Shown: positions 44,509 to 54,594, counted from the first letter of the stretch. The stretch: DNA of 64,000 nucleotides from an uncultured Microthrixaceae bacterium (GCA_963845425.1 CAWJSC010000012.1:10352-74351); one strand, 5' to 3'. The notes: generated by a model from the letters alone, not told the origin. Made by a program: numbers and translations.

Positions 44509-45257
44509 CCGCCACCGTGCTCACCCCACGACCCGCGGCCACGACCATGGTGCTGCGCGACGGCGACGGCGGCCTCGAGGTCCTGCTCCTGCTGCGCAGC
44601 GACCGCTCCGTGTTCGTGCCCGGCGCCCATGTCTTCCCGGGCGGCGCCGTCGAAGCCGCCGACCACCAGCCGCACCCCACGGCGCCGGGGGCACCCGCCG
44701 CCGACGAGGCCTCGACCCGCCTGGGCCTGGACGGCGGCGGCCTGGCCTATTGGGTGGGCGCCGTCCGCGAGACCTTCGAGGAGTCCGGGCTGCTGTTCGC
44801 TGACGGGCCGGTCGAGTCGGCCGCGCCCGAGCGGTCCGCGGTGGACACCGGCGAGCGGTCTTTCGCCACGGTGTGCGCCGACCACGGCCTGCGCCTCCGC
44901 TTGGGGGACCTGCGCTACTTCGGCCATTGGACCACCCCGCCCGGCGCCCCCCGCCGCTACACGACCCGGTTCTTCGTCGCCCCCGCACCGCAGGGCCAGG
45001 AGCCGGTCCACGACGACGCCGAGGCGGTGGCCTGCGAGTGGGTGCGCCCCCACGTCGCCCTCGATCGCTTCGCCGACGGCGACTGGGACCTGATCCTGCC
45101 GACCGAGCGCAGCCTGCGCGCCCTCGACCGGTTCGTCGACGTGGCCGCCGTGCTGGCCCACCTCGACGACCGACCCCCTCTGACCGACGACCACGGTGGT
45201 CGACGCGTGGCCCTCCCTGAGGAACTCGCCACCGCCGCCCCCCAGGAGATCCCTTGA
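44505..45257 (+). CDS. NUDIX hydrolase (NUDT19-like, split Nudix box)
   Basis: PRPAAT, VFPGGAVE..AVRETFEESG, HWTTP..RRYTTRFF. Confidence 0.88.
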   Translation: MTATVLTPRPAATTMVLRDGDGGLEVLLLLRSDRSVFVPGAHVFPGGAVEAADHQPHPTAPGAPAADEASTRLGLDGGGLAYWVGAVRETFEESGLLFADGPVESAAPERSAVDTGERSFATVCADHGLRLRLGDLRYFGHWTTPPGAPRRYTTRFFVAPAPQGQEPVHDDAEAVACEWVRPHVALDRFADGDWDLILPTERSLRALDRFVDVAAVLAHLDDRPPLTDDHGGRRVALPEELATAAPQEIP

Positions 45258-46096
45258 GCATCGACGAAGCCCCAGAGCCGATCCCGATCATCCCGGACGT
45301 GCCCCGTGCGCTGTCCCCGCTGGTCCGGCGCATCTGTGCCGACAACCCTGGGGTCATGACCGGCCCGGGCACCAACACGTACCTGATCGGGGTGGACGAG
45401 ATCGCCGTCATCGATCCCGGCCCGGCCGACGAGGCCCATCTCGACGCCGTCGCCGGTTGTGGCGGGGACCGGATCCGGTGGATCCTGCTCACCCACACCC
45501 ATCCCGACCACGGCCCCGGGGCCATCGGCCTGAAGGAGCGCACCGGCGCGAAGATCATGGCCTTCGAGTCCCGGGACGGCATCGAGGTCGACGGCACGCT
45601 GGCCGACGGTGACATGGTCGAGGGCACCGAGTGGCGCCTGACCGCCATCCACACCCCGGGCCATGCCTCGAACCACCTCTGCTTCATGCTGGAGGAGGAG
45701 CGCTGCCTGTTCACCGGTGACCACGTGATGGACGGCTCGACGGTGGTCATCAAGCCGCCGGACGGCGACATGGCCACCTATCTGGCCTCCCTCGAGAAGA
45801 TCCGGGCGATGCGCCTGTCGATGCTGGCCCCGGCCCACGGCCATCCCATCGAGGACCCGAAGGCCCGGATCGACTGGTACCTCCAGCACCGCATCGAGCG
45901 GGAGGCCGCCATCGCGGCAGCCCTCACCGACGCCGGCTCGGCCACCATCGACGAGCTGGTGGCCACCGTCTACACCGACGTCGACCCCGAGCGGCACCCC
46001 ATCGCCCGCCACAGCGTCCACGCCCACCTGCTCAAGCTGCGGGACGAGGGCTCGGCCAAGGGCGACGACCTCGACGGGACCTGGAAGGCGAGTTAG
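45254..46096 (+). CDS. MBL-fold metallo-hydrolase (LACTB2-like)
   Basis: NPGVMTGPGTNTY, THTHPDH, TPGHASNH, GDH, AHG, C-terminal winged helix. Confidence 0.9.
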   Translation: MSIDEAPEPIPIIPDVPRALSPLVRRICADNPGVMTGPGTNTYLIGVDEIAVIDPGPADEAHLDAVAGCGGDRIRWILLTHTHPDHGPGAIGLKERTGAKIMAFESRDGIEVDGTLADGDMVEGTEWRLTAIHTPGHASNHLCFMLEEERCLFTGDHVMDGSTVVIKPPDGDMATYLASLEKIRAMRLSMLAPAHGHPIEDPKARIDWYLQHRIEREAAIAAALTDAGSATIDELVATVYTDVDPERHPIARHSVHAHLLKLRDEGSAKGDDLDGTWKAS

Positions 46097-46157
46097 CCCT
46101 CCCACCGGGTAGAACCTTCATCTGCCCGAAACACCGTCGCCACAACCCGATGCCAGC

Positions 46158-47666
46158 GTGTCGTCGACCATGGCACCGCTGACCGAAGACCGCACCGCGC
46201 CGTCCGGGCTCCTGGCCGGCTACGACACCGACGGGTTCTACGACGAGGCCGTGGACCACGCCGGCGAGCTGCGTCCGGAGTACGAGGTCCTCTTCGACCG
46301 TCTACGGGCCATGACCCACGAGGAGCTGGCCCGCCGCGCCGCCATGAGCGACGACACCATGCGCAAGCGGGGTGTCACCTTCACCCTCAACGCCGACCCC
46401 GACGCCGAGGGCGACGAGGGCGACGAGGACCTCGAGCGCACGCTGCCCATGGACGTGCTGCCCCGGGTCATCGGGGGGGCGGCCTGGCGGGAGCTCGAGG
46501 CGGGCCTCATCCAGCGGGTCTCGGCCCTCAACGCGTTCCTGGAGGACCTCTACGTCGGTGAACGGGCCGCGGTCCGGGACGGGATCGTGCCCTGGTGGCT
46601 GGTCACCTCCTCGGACGGCTTCGTCCGCGAGGCCGTGGGCGTGCCCGCTCCGTCGGGGGTGCGCTGCCTCGTGGCCGGCCTGGACCTGGTGCGGGGCGCG
46701 GACGGTCGGCTCCGGGTGCTGGAGGACAACCTGCGCAACCCCAGCGGGATCTCCTACGTGCTGGAGAACCGGGACCTCATGACCCGGCTCTTCCCGTCCC
46801 TCGTGCGGGCCCACCGGGTCCGGCCCGTGGGCAACTACGGCGAGCTGCTCCTGCGGGCGCTGCGCAGCGTGGCCCCCGCGGGTGTGGCCGACCCCTGTGT
46901 GGTCGTGATGACCCCGGGCATCCACAACGCCGCCTACTTCGAACACGCCTTCCTGGCTCACCAGATGGGTGTCGAGCTGGTCGAGGGCAACGACCTGCTG
47001 GTCGACGGCCAGCGGGTCTACATGCGCACCACCGAGGGCCCCCGGCCGGTCCATGTCATCTACCGCCGGCTGGATGACCGCTTCCTCGACCCGGTCGGCT
47101 TCCGCAGCGGCAGCTACATCGGCGTGCCGGGGTTGCTGACCGCGGCGCGGGCGGGCACCGTCACGCTGGCCAACGCCGTGGGCAACGGTGTGGCCGACGA
47201 CAAGGCGGTCTACCCCTTCGTTCCCGACCTGGTCCGCTACTACCTGAACGAGGAGCCTCTCCTGCCCAACGTCGGCACCTACTGCCTGTGGGAGCCCGAC
47301 CAGCGGGAGGCGGTCCTGGACCGGCTCGACGAACTGGTGACCAAACCGGTGGACGGTGCGGGCGGCTACGGCCTGGTGATCGGCCCCAGGGCCAGCGACG
47401 AGCAGTTGGCGGTGCTGCGGGCCGAGATCGAGGCCGATCCTCGCGGCTGGATCTCCCAGGAGGTGGTGCAGCTCTCGCGGGTGCCGACGGTGGCCGAGGA
47501 CGGCCTCGCGGGACGGCACGTGGACCTCCGCCCGTTCATCATCTCCTCCGCCGACGGCATCGAGGTCGTGCCGGGGGGCCTGACCCGGGTGGCGCTCGAG
47601 AAGGGGTCGCTGATCGTCAACTCGTCGCAGGGCGGCGGGTCCAAGGACACCTGGGTGCTGCGCTGA
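46158..47666 (+). CDS. circularly permuted type 2 ATP-grasp protein
   Basis: GLIQRV.ALNAFL.DLY, VLEDNLRNPSGISY, AYFEH, IYRR, GNGVADDK, VDLRPF, VNSSQGGGSKDTWV. Confidence 0.93.
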   Translation: MSSTMAPLTEDRTAPSGLLAGYDTDGFYDEAVDHAGELRPEYEVLFDRLRAMTHEELARRAAMSDDTMRKRGVTFTLNADPDAEGDEGDEDLERTLPMDVLPRVIGGAAWRELEAGLIQRVSALNAFLEDLYVGERAAVRDGIVPWWLVTSSDGFVREAVGVPAPSGVRCLVAGLDLVRGADGRLRVLEDNLRNPSGISYVLENRDLMTRLFPSLVRAHRVRPVGNYGELLLRALRSVAPAGVADPCVVVMTPGIHNAAYFEHAFLAHQMGVELVEGNDLLVDGQRVYMRTTEGPRPVHVIYRRLDDRFLDPVGFRSGSYIGVPGLLTAARAGTVTLANAVGNGVADDKAVYPFVPDLVRYYLNEEPLLPNVGTYCLWEPDQREAVLDRLDELVTKPVDGAGGYGLVIGPRASDEQLAVLRAEIEADPRGWISQEVVQLSRVPTVAEDGLAGRHVDLRPFIISSADGIEVVPGGLTRVALEKGSLIVNSSQGGGSKDTWVLR

Positions 47667-48691
47667 TGATGCTCGCCCGTCACGCCGAGAACCTGTTCTG
47701 GGCCGGCCGCTACGTCGAGCGGGCCCAGGACACGGCCCGGATGCTCGACGCCACCTACCACCACAGCGCGGGCCTGGCCCCCGAGCAGAGCGCCCGGGCC
47801 TGGGCCAACCTGCTGCGCTCCCTCGGCCTCGACCGGGAGTTCGCCGAGTCCGGCCGGGAGCTGGACGTGGCCACCGTCAACGCCTTCCTCATGGGCGACG
47901 CCTCGCACCCGGGGGCCATCGGCAAGTCCGTGCGCCGGGCCCGCGAGAACGCCCGCAGCGTGCGCGAGCTGCTGTCGTCGGAGCTCTTCGAGGCCTTCAA
48001 CCATTCCTACCTGGAGCTGCGGGCCTCCCAGCGCAAGCGCCTCCGGGCCCCGGTGGGCGAGCCCCCCGCCGAGCTCTATGCCGCGGTGCGCCTGCGCTGC
48101 CAGTCGATCCTCGGCGTGGCCACCGAGACCATGCCCCGGGACGACCCGTGGCGCTTCCTCATGCTCGGGATGCTGCTGGAGCGCGCCGAGATCATGAGTC
48201 GGATGCTCGCCGTGCACCTGGCCGCCGACGCCGAAGACCCCCAGCCCGACTCGCTGGCCTCCTGGGCCGAGCTGCTGGAGTCCAGCGCCGCGGTGGAGGC
48301 CTTCGTGCGCTGGCAGCGGGGCACGGCGCCCCGGTTGACCGATGTCATCGCCTTCCTGCTGCTGTCACGGACCTTCCCCCGCAGCGTGTTGCGTTCGCTG
48401 CGCGCCGCCGAGGACCAGTTGGCCCGCCTCGAGTCCGACGAGACCCGGTCGGTCTGCCGCCGCCTCCTGGGCGGGGTGTGGTCCGAGCTGGAGTACCTCG
48501 ACGGCCACGAGCTCACCCCGGCCACCCTCACCGAGTTGCTCGGCCGGGTCCGCAGCCGCCTGCCCGGGGTGGGCAGCGCGCTGGGTGAGCGGTTCTTCAG
48601 CCCGGGGGAGACGGCCGGGCTCTACCTGCACGAGCTGCGGGGCGGTGACGCCGCCCAGCAGGACGAGGTCGGCGCCGGGTGGCCCCGATGA
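47666..48691 (+). CDS. alpha-E domain protein
   Basis: MLARHAENLFWAGRYVERA, ARENARSVRE, second ER motif GMLLERA, FPRSV. Confidence 0.92.
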   Translation: MMLARHAENLFWAGRYVERAQDTARMLDATYHHSAGLAPEQSARAWANLLRSLGLDREFAESGRELDVATVNAFLMGDASHPGAIGKSVRRARENARSVRELLSSELFEAFNHSYLELRASQRKRLRAPVGEPPAELYAAVRLRCQSILGVATETMPRDDPWRFLMLGMLLERAEIMSRMLAVHLAADAEDPQPDSLASWAELLESSAAVEAFVRWQRGTAPRLTDVIAFLLLSRTFPRSVLRSLRAAEDQLARLESDETRSVCRRLLGGVWSELEYLDGHELTPATLTELLGRVRSRLPGVGSALGERFFSPGETAGLYLHELRGGDAAQQDEVGAGWPR

Positions 48692-49686
48692 GGCTGGATA
48701 TCCGCTACGCCACCCGTTTCCGCTATGACTCGCCGGTGCGGGAGTCCCACAACGAGCTGCGGGCCTGTCCGGTCGACGACAGCCGCCAGCGGGTCCTCGA
48801 CTTCCGGCTCCGGGTCGACCCGGCCACCCCGGTGCAGTCCTTCCGTGACTACTGGGGCACCCGGGTGGAGGCCTTCGGGGTCATCCCTCGTCACGACCGG
48901 CTCGACGTGGTCGCCGAGATCAGCGTGGAGACCCATCCGTCGGCGGAGACGCCCGCCCCCCCGACCCCGATCGCCGACCTCTCGGCCCACGAGGCCTTCC
49001 ACGAGTACACGGTCCCCAGCCGCCTGGCCGGCGGCGGCGAGGCGCTGATCGAACTGGCCCGTTCGGTGACGACCGGGGCCGAGACGGCCGAGGAGGCGGG
49101 CCGGACCATTGCGGACTGGGTCGGGCGGTCGGTCGCCTACTCGCCGGGCTCCACCACGGTGGAGACCACCGTCGAGGAGGTGATGGACCGGCGGGTCGGC
49201 GTGTGCCAGGACTTCGCCCACCTCACCGTCGCCCTCGGTCGAGCTGTCGGCCTACCCGCCCGCTACGTGTCCGGCTATCTGTTCGCCCGCCGCGACGATG
49301 TCGGCTCGGGGGCCAACGCCGACGGGTCGACGGAACCCAAGACCGAGGAGGCCGACGCCGTCCGGGTGCAGACCCATGCCTGGGTGGAGGTCGCCGTGGC
49401 GCCCGGCCGGTGGCAGGCGCTCGACCCGACCAACGGCCGGGACGTGGGCGAGCGGCACGTGAAGATCGGCCACGGCCGGGACTACGTCGACGTCACCCCG
49501 TTCCACGGGAGCTTCTCGGGCAGCGCGGACCCGACGCTGGTGTCCTCGGTGGAGATCCGCCGCCGCTCGGGCGAGGACGACCGCCCGACGATCCTCTCCG
49601 CCGCCGACCGTGGCCTCCTGCGCAAGCCCGTGCCCCAGACGCCCCAGCGCGTCCTGGCCCAACAACAGGAACAGCAGCAGCAGTAG
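48688..49686 (+). CDS. transglutaminase-family protein with poly-Gln tail
   Basis: GVCQDFAH, ARYVSGY, HAW, DPTN, GRDY.DV; ends QQQEQQQQ. Confidence 0.92.
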   Translation: MRLDIRYATRFRYDSPVRESHNELRACPVDDSRQRVLDFRLRVDPATPVQSFRDYWGTRVEAFGVIPRHDRLDVVAEISVETHPSAETPAPPTPIADLSAHEAFHEYTVPSRLAGGGEALIELARSVTTGAETAEEAGRTIADWVGRSVAYSPGSTTVETTVEEVMDRRVGVCQDFAHLTVALGRAVGLPARYVSGYLFARRDDVGSGANADGSTEPKTEEADAVRVQTHAWVEVAVAPGRWQALDPTNGRDVGERHVKIGHGRDYVDVTPFHGSFSGSADPTLVSSVEIRRRSGEDDRPTILSAADRGLLRKPVPQTPQRVLAQQQEQQQQ

Positions 49687-49689
49687 CCG

Positions 49690-50082
49690 TCACTCGACGG
49701 TGAGGGTGCCTTCCATGCCGGCGTCGAAGTGGCCCTCGAGGCCGCAGAGGACCTGGTACTCGCCGGCCTCGTCGACCGTGAAGGTCGCCGTGACCGTCTC
49801 GCCCGGACCGGTCTCGACCTCGTCGAGGACACCCTCTTCGGTGAACTCCTCTTCGGAGGCGATCGGCTCGTTCATGATCACCCACTCGTGGTCGACCGAG
49901 CCGTCGTTGGTGAACTCGAGCTCGAAGTCACCGGCCGACACCGTCCAGTCGCTCGGCTCGAACTGGAACTCGGTCGCGGTGGCCTCGAGCCCACCCGACC
50001 CCTCGTCACCGTCGTCACCGCAACCCACCGCGAGGAACGCGACGGCCCCCGCGGCGGCGACGACCAGCACCTTGGTGCGCAT
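49690..50082 (-). CDS. cupredoxin-domain lipoprotein
   Basis: lipobox AVGC; His in DHEW and C-x4-H-x4-M (CGLEGHFDAGM) type-1 copper ligands. Confidence 0.88.
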   Translation of the reverse strand: MRTKVLVVAAAGAVAFLAVGCGDDGDEGSGGLEATATEFQFEPSDWTVSAGDFELEFTNDGSVDHEWVIMNEPIASEEEFTEEGVLDEVETGPGETVTATFTVDEAGEYQVLCGLEGHFDAGMEGTLTVE

Positions 50083-50146
50083 CTTCTGTTCTCCTCCTGG
50101 CCGACCCCCCTGGTCCGCCAGCGGGTCGGAGTCTTCTGGGTCAAGA

Positions 50147-50162
50147 TGAAGTGCCGGTGAAG
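50147..50162. promoter_or_regulatory. OmpR-type direct repeat between the cupredoxin and response regulator genes
   Basis: TGAAG-N6-TGAAG, 11-bp period. Confidence 0.45.
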
Positions 50163-50182
50163 AACGCCGGCGGGGGGGAAGC

Positions 50183-50857
50183 ATGCGGGTCCTGGTGGTC
50201 GAGGACGACGAGCGGACGGCGGGGTTGCTGGCCCGTGGGCTGCGGGAGGCACGGCACCGGGTCGATGTCCTGGGGACGGGGGAGGCGGCGTGCGAACAAG
50301 CCGGCAACCACCCCTACGAGGCGATCCTCCTGGACGTGATGCTGCCGGGCATCGACGGCGTGGAGACCTGCCGGCGCCTTCGGTCGTCCTCGATCCGGAC
50401 GCCCGTGCTGATGCTGACGGCTCGCAGCGAGATCCATGACCGGGTGCTCGGCCTCGACGCCGGCGCGGACGACTACGTCACCAAGCCCTTCTTCCTCGAC
50501 GAGGTCTTGGCCCGACTCCGGGCCTTCGAACGGCGACCGTTCCCGAGTTCGGACGGCGTGGTGCGGGTGGGGCCGACCTGGTACGACCCGGCGACCGCGG
50601 GCGCCGGCCACGGCGACGCCGACCTGCACCTCACGGTCCGCCAGGCGGCCGTGCTGGAGGTCTTCCTCCGTCATCCGGGCCAGGTCCTCGACCGGCCGGC
50701 CATCGCCGATGCGGCCTGGGACGGCGCCCTCGACCTGCAGTCCAACGTCATCGACGTCCATGTGGCCGCCCTCCGGCGCGAGCTCGCCCGGGTCGGTGCG
50801 CCCGGCATCGCCACGGTCCGAGGGCTCGGCTACCGCTTCCCCGCCGCCGGGCCGTGA
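50183..50857 (+). CDS. OmpR-family response regulator
   Basis: VVEDD, LLDVMLP, MLTAR, KPF, winged helix with TVRGLGY. Confidence 0.93.
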   Translation: MRVLVVEDDERTAGLLARGLREARHRVDVLGTGEAACEQAGNHPYEAILLDVMLPGIDGVETCRRLRSSSIRTPVLMLTARSEIHDRVLGLDAGADDYVTKPFFLDEVLARLRAFERRPFPSSDGVVRVGPTWYDPATAGAGHGDADLHLTVRQAAVLEVFLRHPGQVLDRPAIADAAWDGALDLQSNVIDVHVAALRRELARVGAPGIATVRGLGYRFPAAGP

Positions 50858-52410
50858 ACGCCTTCCGGCGGCTCCGGGCCGTCCCCCAGCGGCTGCCGGT
50901 GCGCTGGCGCCTGGCGCTCGGCGTGGCCGTCGTCGCCGTCCTCGTGTTCGCGCTGGTCGACGTGGCCGTCTACCGGCGTACCGAGGGCCACCTCGTCCAG
51001 GCCCTGGACGACTCGTTGCAGGAGGAGGCGGGGGAGATGGTGCCGCTCATCACCGTCGGCCGACCGGTGGCCGACCTCGCACCGTTGGTTCACGACGACG
51101 ACACTGCCGGCGTCCTGCTCCTGCAGGCCTTCGACCGCGAGGGCCGGCTCCTCGGCGCCACCCCCAACGCGCGCGGGCGGGACCTCCTCGTCGGCGGCCG
51201 GGAGGATGTCACCGGTGAGCCCGGGTTCGTGGTGGTGGACGGGATCGGACGGGTGCGTCTGCTCGCCTTCGACGCCACCATCGACGGGGAGGGCTACACC
51301 CTCGTGTCGGCCGTCTCGTTCGCTCGGACCGCGGACACCCTCGCCAGTGTGAAGCGGCGCCTCCTGGCCTGGACGCTGCTGGGCGGTCTGGTGACCGCGG
51401 CCCTGGCCTACGTCCTGGCCGCGGCGGCGCTGCGCCCGGTCGACCGGATGCGGCGGCGAGCCCTGGAGATCCGGGCTTCGTCACCCGGCGTGCGCCTCCC
51501 CCTGCCTGAGGCCGACGACGAGGTCCGCCGACTGGGCGAGACGCTCAACCACACCCTGGACGACCTCGAGGCGTCGGCCGAGCGGCGTCGCGTCTTCGTG
51601 GCCCACGCCAGCCACGAGCTGCGGACCCCGCTGACGCGACTGCGGACCAACCTCGAACTGGCCGGACGGCCCCAGCGGACGACCGACGAGCTCCGTACCG
51701 CCATAGCCGACGCGGCGGCGGACACCGAGGAGCTCATCGCCCTGGCCGAGGCCCTCCTCGACCTGAGCCGCCTCGAGGCCGACCCCGCTCGAGCCGTCCC
51801 GCCACCGGTCGACGTGTCCGACGTGGTCCGGGAGGTCACCGACGCCACCCTCGGCCTCACGGCGTCGGTGCCGGGCCCGGCGTGGGCCCGGATCGAGCGG
51901 GACGCGCTGCGGCGTTCGTTGGCGAACATCCTGACCAACGCGGAGGTCCACGGTGGTCCGCCGATCGACATCGAGGTGGCTGCCGATGTCGAGTGGGTCA
52001 CCATCGTGGTCTGGGATCACGGTCCGGGCGTGCCCGAGGACCTCGAGGCGGCGGTGTTCGAGCCCTTCACCCGGGCCGTGGTCGCCGCCGACCGACCCGG
52101 CGCAGGCATGGGACTGGCGATCGTGGCCACGATCGTCGAACGCAACGGCGGGGTGTGTTCCGTGCAGCGGGACCGGGACCGCTTCGGTGTCCGGATCGCG
52201 CTCCCCGCGGCGCCGGGCCCGGCCGAGGCGGGACGTCAAACCCGGAGGCGGAAGGCGGCCACCGGGTCCGGGAAGCCCTTGACATCGACCGCGGGGAGCA
52301 GATCGACGGCGTCGGGGCCGGCCACGTCGGCCAGCCGGGCGTCGAGCAGGACCTCGCCGGGCTCGCCGACGGTCACCAGCCGGGCGGCCAGGTTGACCAC
52401 CGAGCCGTAG
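50854..52410 (+). CDS. sensor histidine kinase (2 TM, HAMP, HisKA, HATPase)
   Basis: ASHELRTPL, NILTNA, DHGPG, FEPF, GAGMGLAI; 3' end runs into the convergent cyclase gene. Confidence 0.9.
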   Translation: MNAFRRLRAVPQRLPVRWRLALGVAVVAVLVFALVDVAVYRRTEGHLVQALDDSLQEEAGEMVPLITVGRPVADLAPLVHDDDTAGVLLLQAFDREGRLLGATPNARGRDLLVGGREDVTGEPGFVVVDGIGRVRLLAFDATIDGEGYTLVSAVSFARTADTLASVKRRLLAWTLLGGLVTAALAYVLAAAALRPVDRMRRRALEIRASSPGVRLPLPEADDEVRRLGETLNHTLDDLEASAERRRVFVAHASHELRTPLTRLRTNLELAGRPQRTTDELRTAIADAAADTEELIALAEALLDLSRLEADPARAVPPPVDVSDVVREVTDATLGLTASVPGPAWARIERDALRRSLANILTNAEVHGGPPIDIEVAADVEWVTIVVWDHGPGVPEDLEAAVFEPFTRAVVAADRPGAGMGLAIVATIVERNGGVCSVQRDRDRFGVRIALPAAPGPAEAGRQTRRRKAATGSGKPLTSTAGSRSTASGPATSASRASSRTSPGSPTVTSRAARLTTEP

Positions 52411-53327
52411 TAGTCGCCGTCGCGGTTGAGCACCTCGCCGTAGGCGGCGCCGACCCGGACGGCGGGCAGCTCCTCGGTGCCGGGCAAGCCGGCGGCCAGG
52501 GCGCCGGCGATGCGGAGGCCGTCGCCGGGGTCGTCGGCGGCGAACATGACCTCGTCGCCGATCAGCTTGACCACCTGGCCGCCGTGGGTCAGCACCAGCT
52601 CGCTCACGTGCTCGTCGAAGGCGTCCACGACCGCCGCCAGCTCGCTGGGGCTCAGCCGGCCGCTGAGGCTGGTGAACCCGGCCAGGTCGGCGAAGCCGAC
52701 GGTCACCTGGGCCATCGTGGCCCCACTGGCCTCGTCGACCGTCCACCCCCGTCGTGACGACCGGGCGAGGTGGAGGCGGTGCAGGCCGGCGAACACGCCC
52801 TCCACGGCGGGGAGCATCATGGCGCTGAGTCGCTCGTAGCCGTCGGTGATCTCGAGGTCCGAGCCGCCGGCCTCGATGAAGGGGACCTCGAAGGCCAGGC
52901 GGAGCACCGCGACCTCGGCCTCGGCGATGCGCATGAAGGCGCTGCCGATCACCCGCAGGGCCTGGAGCACGGCGGTGGCGCCGAACAGCTCACTGCCCGC
53001 AGCGTAGAAGTGCAGCACCTGGACCTCGTCGGGGGCGAAGGCGGGCTCGTCGTCGGCGCCGACCGCCACCCCGACGGTGTGCCAGACGTGACGGGCCTCG
53101 GTCGGGTCGAGACCGGCCTCGGCCGCGGCCTCGAGCAGGGTCAGGCGCTCGGTGCCCCGGATGTTGACCTCGGCGGCCAGCCCCGTGAGGTCGTGCTCCC
53201 GCTCGATGGCGGCCTCCGAGACCCCCCGCTCCCGCAGCCGTGCGGCGAGGGCGGCGAGCTGGTCGTCGGCGATGTGGCGCTGGAAGCTCCGCCTACCGAC
53301 CGATCCCGATCCCCGCTCCGAGCCCAC
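52236..53327 (-). CDS. class III adenylate cyclase with N-terminal regulatory region
   Basis: FADLAGFT, VKLIGDEVM, DYYGSVVNLAAR, VKGF; start uncertain. Confidence 0.88.
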   Translation of the reverse strand: MGSERGSGSVGRRSFQRHIADDQLAALAARLRERGVSEAAIEREHDLTGLAAEVNIRGTERLTLLEAAAEAGLDPTEARHVWHTVGVAVGADDEPAFAPDEVQVLHFYAAGSELFGATAVLQALRVIGSAFMRIAEAEVAVLRLAFEVPFIEAGGSDLEITDGYERLSAMMLPAVEGVFAGLHRLHLARSSRRGWTVDEASGATMAQVTVGFADLAGFTSLSGRLSPSELAAVVDAFDEHVSELVLTHGGQVVKLIGDEVMFAADDPGDGLRIAGALAAGLPGTEELPAVRVGAAYGEVLNRDGDYYGSVVNLAARLVTVGEPGEVLLDARLADVAGPDAVDLLPAVDVKGFPDPVAAFRLRV

Positions 53328-53346
53328 GACCCCGAGTCTGGCCCAG

Positions 53347-54555
53347 TCAGGGGACCTCGGCGGCCGCGTTCTCCTCGGCCGCGGCCGCCTCGGCGTCTTT
53401 GGCGTCCAGGGCGGCCGCCGCGGCCTCCAGGACCCGGGCGCTGCAGCCGGCCATCTCCATGGGGGGCACGGCTTCCTCCACGATGCGGGTGGCCAGGGCC
53501 CGGAAGGCCTCGGCGGCCGGGCCGTCGCCCAAGGCGATGGGCCGGCCACCGTCGCCTCCGGCCGCCACCGCGGGCTCCAGCGGGATGGAGCCCAGGAGGG
53601 GCACGCCGGCTTCGCGGGCCAGGTCGTTGCCCCCGCCCTCGCCGAAGAGGGGGTAGGACTCGCCGTGGTCGCAGACGAAGGCACTCATGTTCTCGATGAC
53701 CCCGGCGATGCGGAGGTAGGACTTGCGGGCCATGTCCGCGGCCCGCACCGCCACCTTCTGGGCGCTGCGGGCCGGCGTGGTCACGATGAGGATCTCGGTG
53801 CGGGGCAGCATCCGGGCCAGGCCCATCTGCACGTCGCCGGTGCCCGGCGGCATGTCGACGAGCAGGTAGTCGAGGTCGCCCCAGCGCACGTCCTCCAGGA
53901 AGTGCTGTACCGCCCGGCTGAGCATGAGGCCTCGCCACATCAGGGCCGACTCCTCCTTGTCCACGAGGAACCCCATGGACACGACCTCGAGGACGCCGTC
54001 GCCCATCGGGGTGATGTTCGGGACGATCTTGCCGTCGTCGGTCGAGCCCTCGAGGCGGCCCTCGAGGCCGAGCATGCGGGGGACCGAGAAGCCCCAGATG
54101 TCGGCGTCGAGCACGCCCACCCGGCGGCCCTGGGCGGCCAGGGCCGCAGCCAGGTTGACGGTGACCGAGGACTTGCCCACGCCGCCCTTGCCCGAGGCCA
54201 CGGCGATGACCCGGGTCGTGGCGGGGACCGCCGTGGCGGGCGCGGCCTCCTTCACGTTCCAGCGGGCCCGGGCCATGGCGTTGGCCTTCTCGGCCGCGTC
54301 CATCTCCGTCCACTCCAGCTTCACGTCGGTGACCCCGGGCAGGGATTCGACGCGGGCCACGACGTCCTTCTTGATCTGGGCCCGCAGCGGGCAGCCGGCC
54401 GTGGTGAGGGCGAGGGTGACGGTGACCAGGCCGTCGTCGGCCACGGTGACCGCCTTGGCCATGCCCAGGTCGACGATGTCGCTGCCCAGCTCGGGGTCGA
54501 TCACCCCCCGCAGGAGGCCGAACACGTCCTCGCTGGTGGGGAGGGTGGGGGCCAT
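53347..54555 (-). CDS. mrp: Mrp/NBP35 (ApbC) Fe-S carrier ATPase with N-terminal DUF59
   Basis: VIDPEL..DIVDLG, TTAGCP, SGKGGVGKS, DMPPGTGD, ENMS. Confidence 0.93.
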   Translation of the reverse strand: MAPTLPTSEDVFGLLRGVIDPELGSDIVDLGMAKAVTVADDGLVTVTLALTTAGCPLRAQIKKDVVARVESLPGVTDVKLEWTEMDAAEKANAMARARWNVKEAAPATAVPATTRVIAVASGKGGVGKSSVTVNLAAALAAQGRRVGVLDADIWGFSVPRMLGLEGRLEGSTDDGKIVPNITPMGDGVLEVVSMGFLVDKEESALMWRGLMLSRAVQHFLEDVRWGDLDYLLVDMPPGTGDVQMGLARMLPRTEILIVTTPARSAQKVAVRAADMARKSYLRIAGVIENMSAFVCDHGESYPLFGEGGGNDLAREAGVPLLGSIPLEPAVAAGGDGGRPIALGDGPAAEAFRALATRIVEEAVPPMEMAGCSARVLEAAAAALDAKDAEAAAAEENAAAEVP

Positions 54556-54594
54556 CCGGTGATTTTACCGGTCTAGCCCGTGTAATCTTGTGCC
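54556..54594. promoter_or_regulatory. back-to-back leaderless promoters
   Basis: TAATCT 54583-54588 is 6 nt before ATG 54595; minus-strand TAAAAT 54567-54562 is 6 nt before ATG 54555. Confidence 0.7.
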
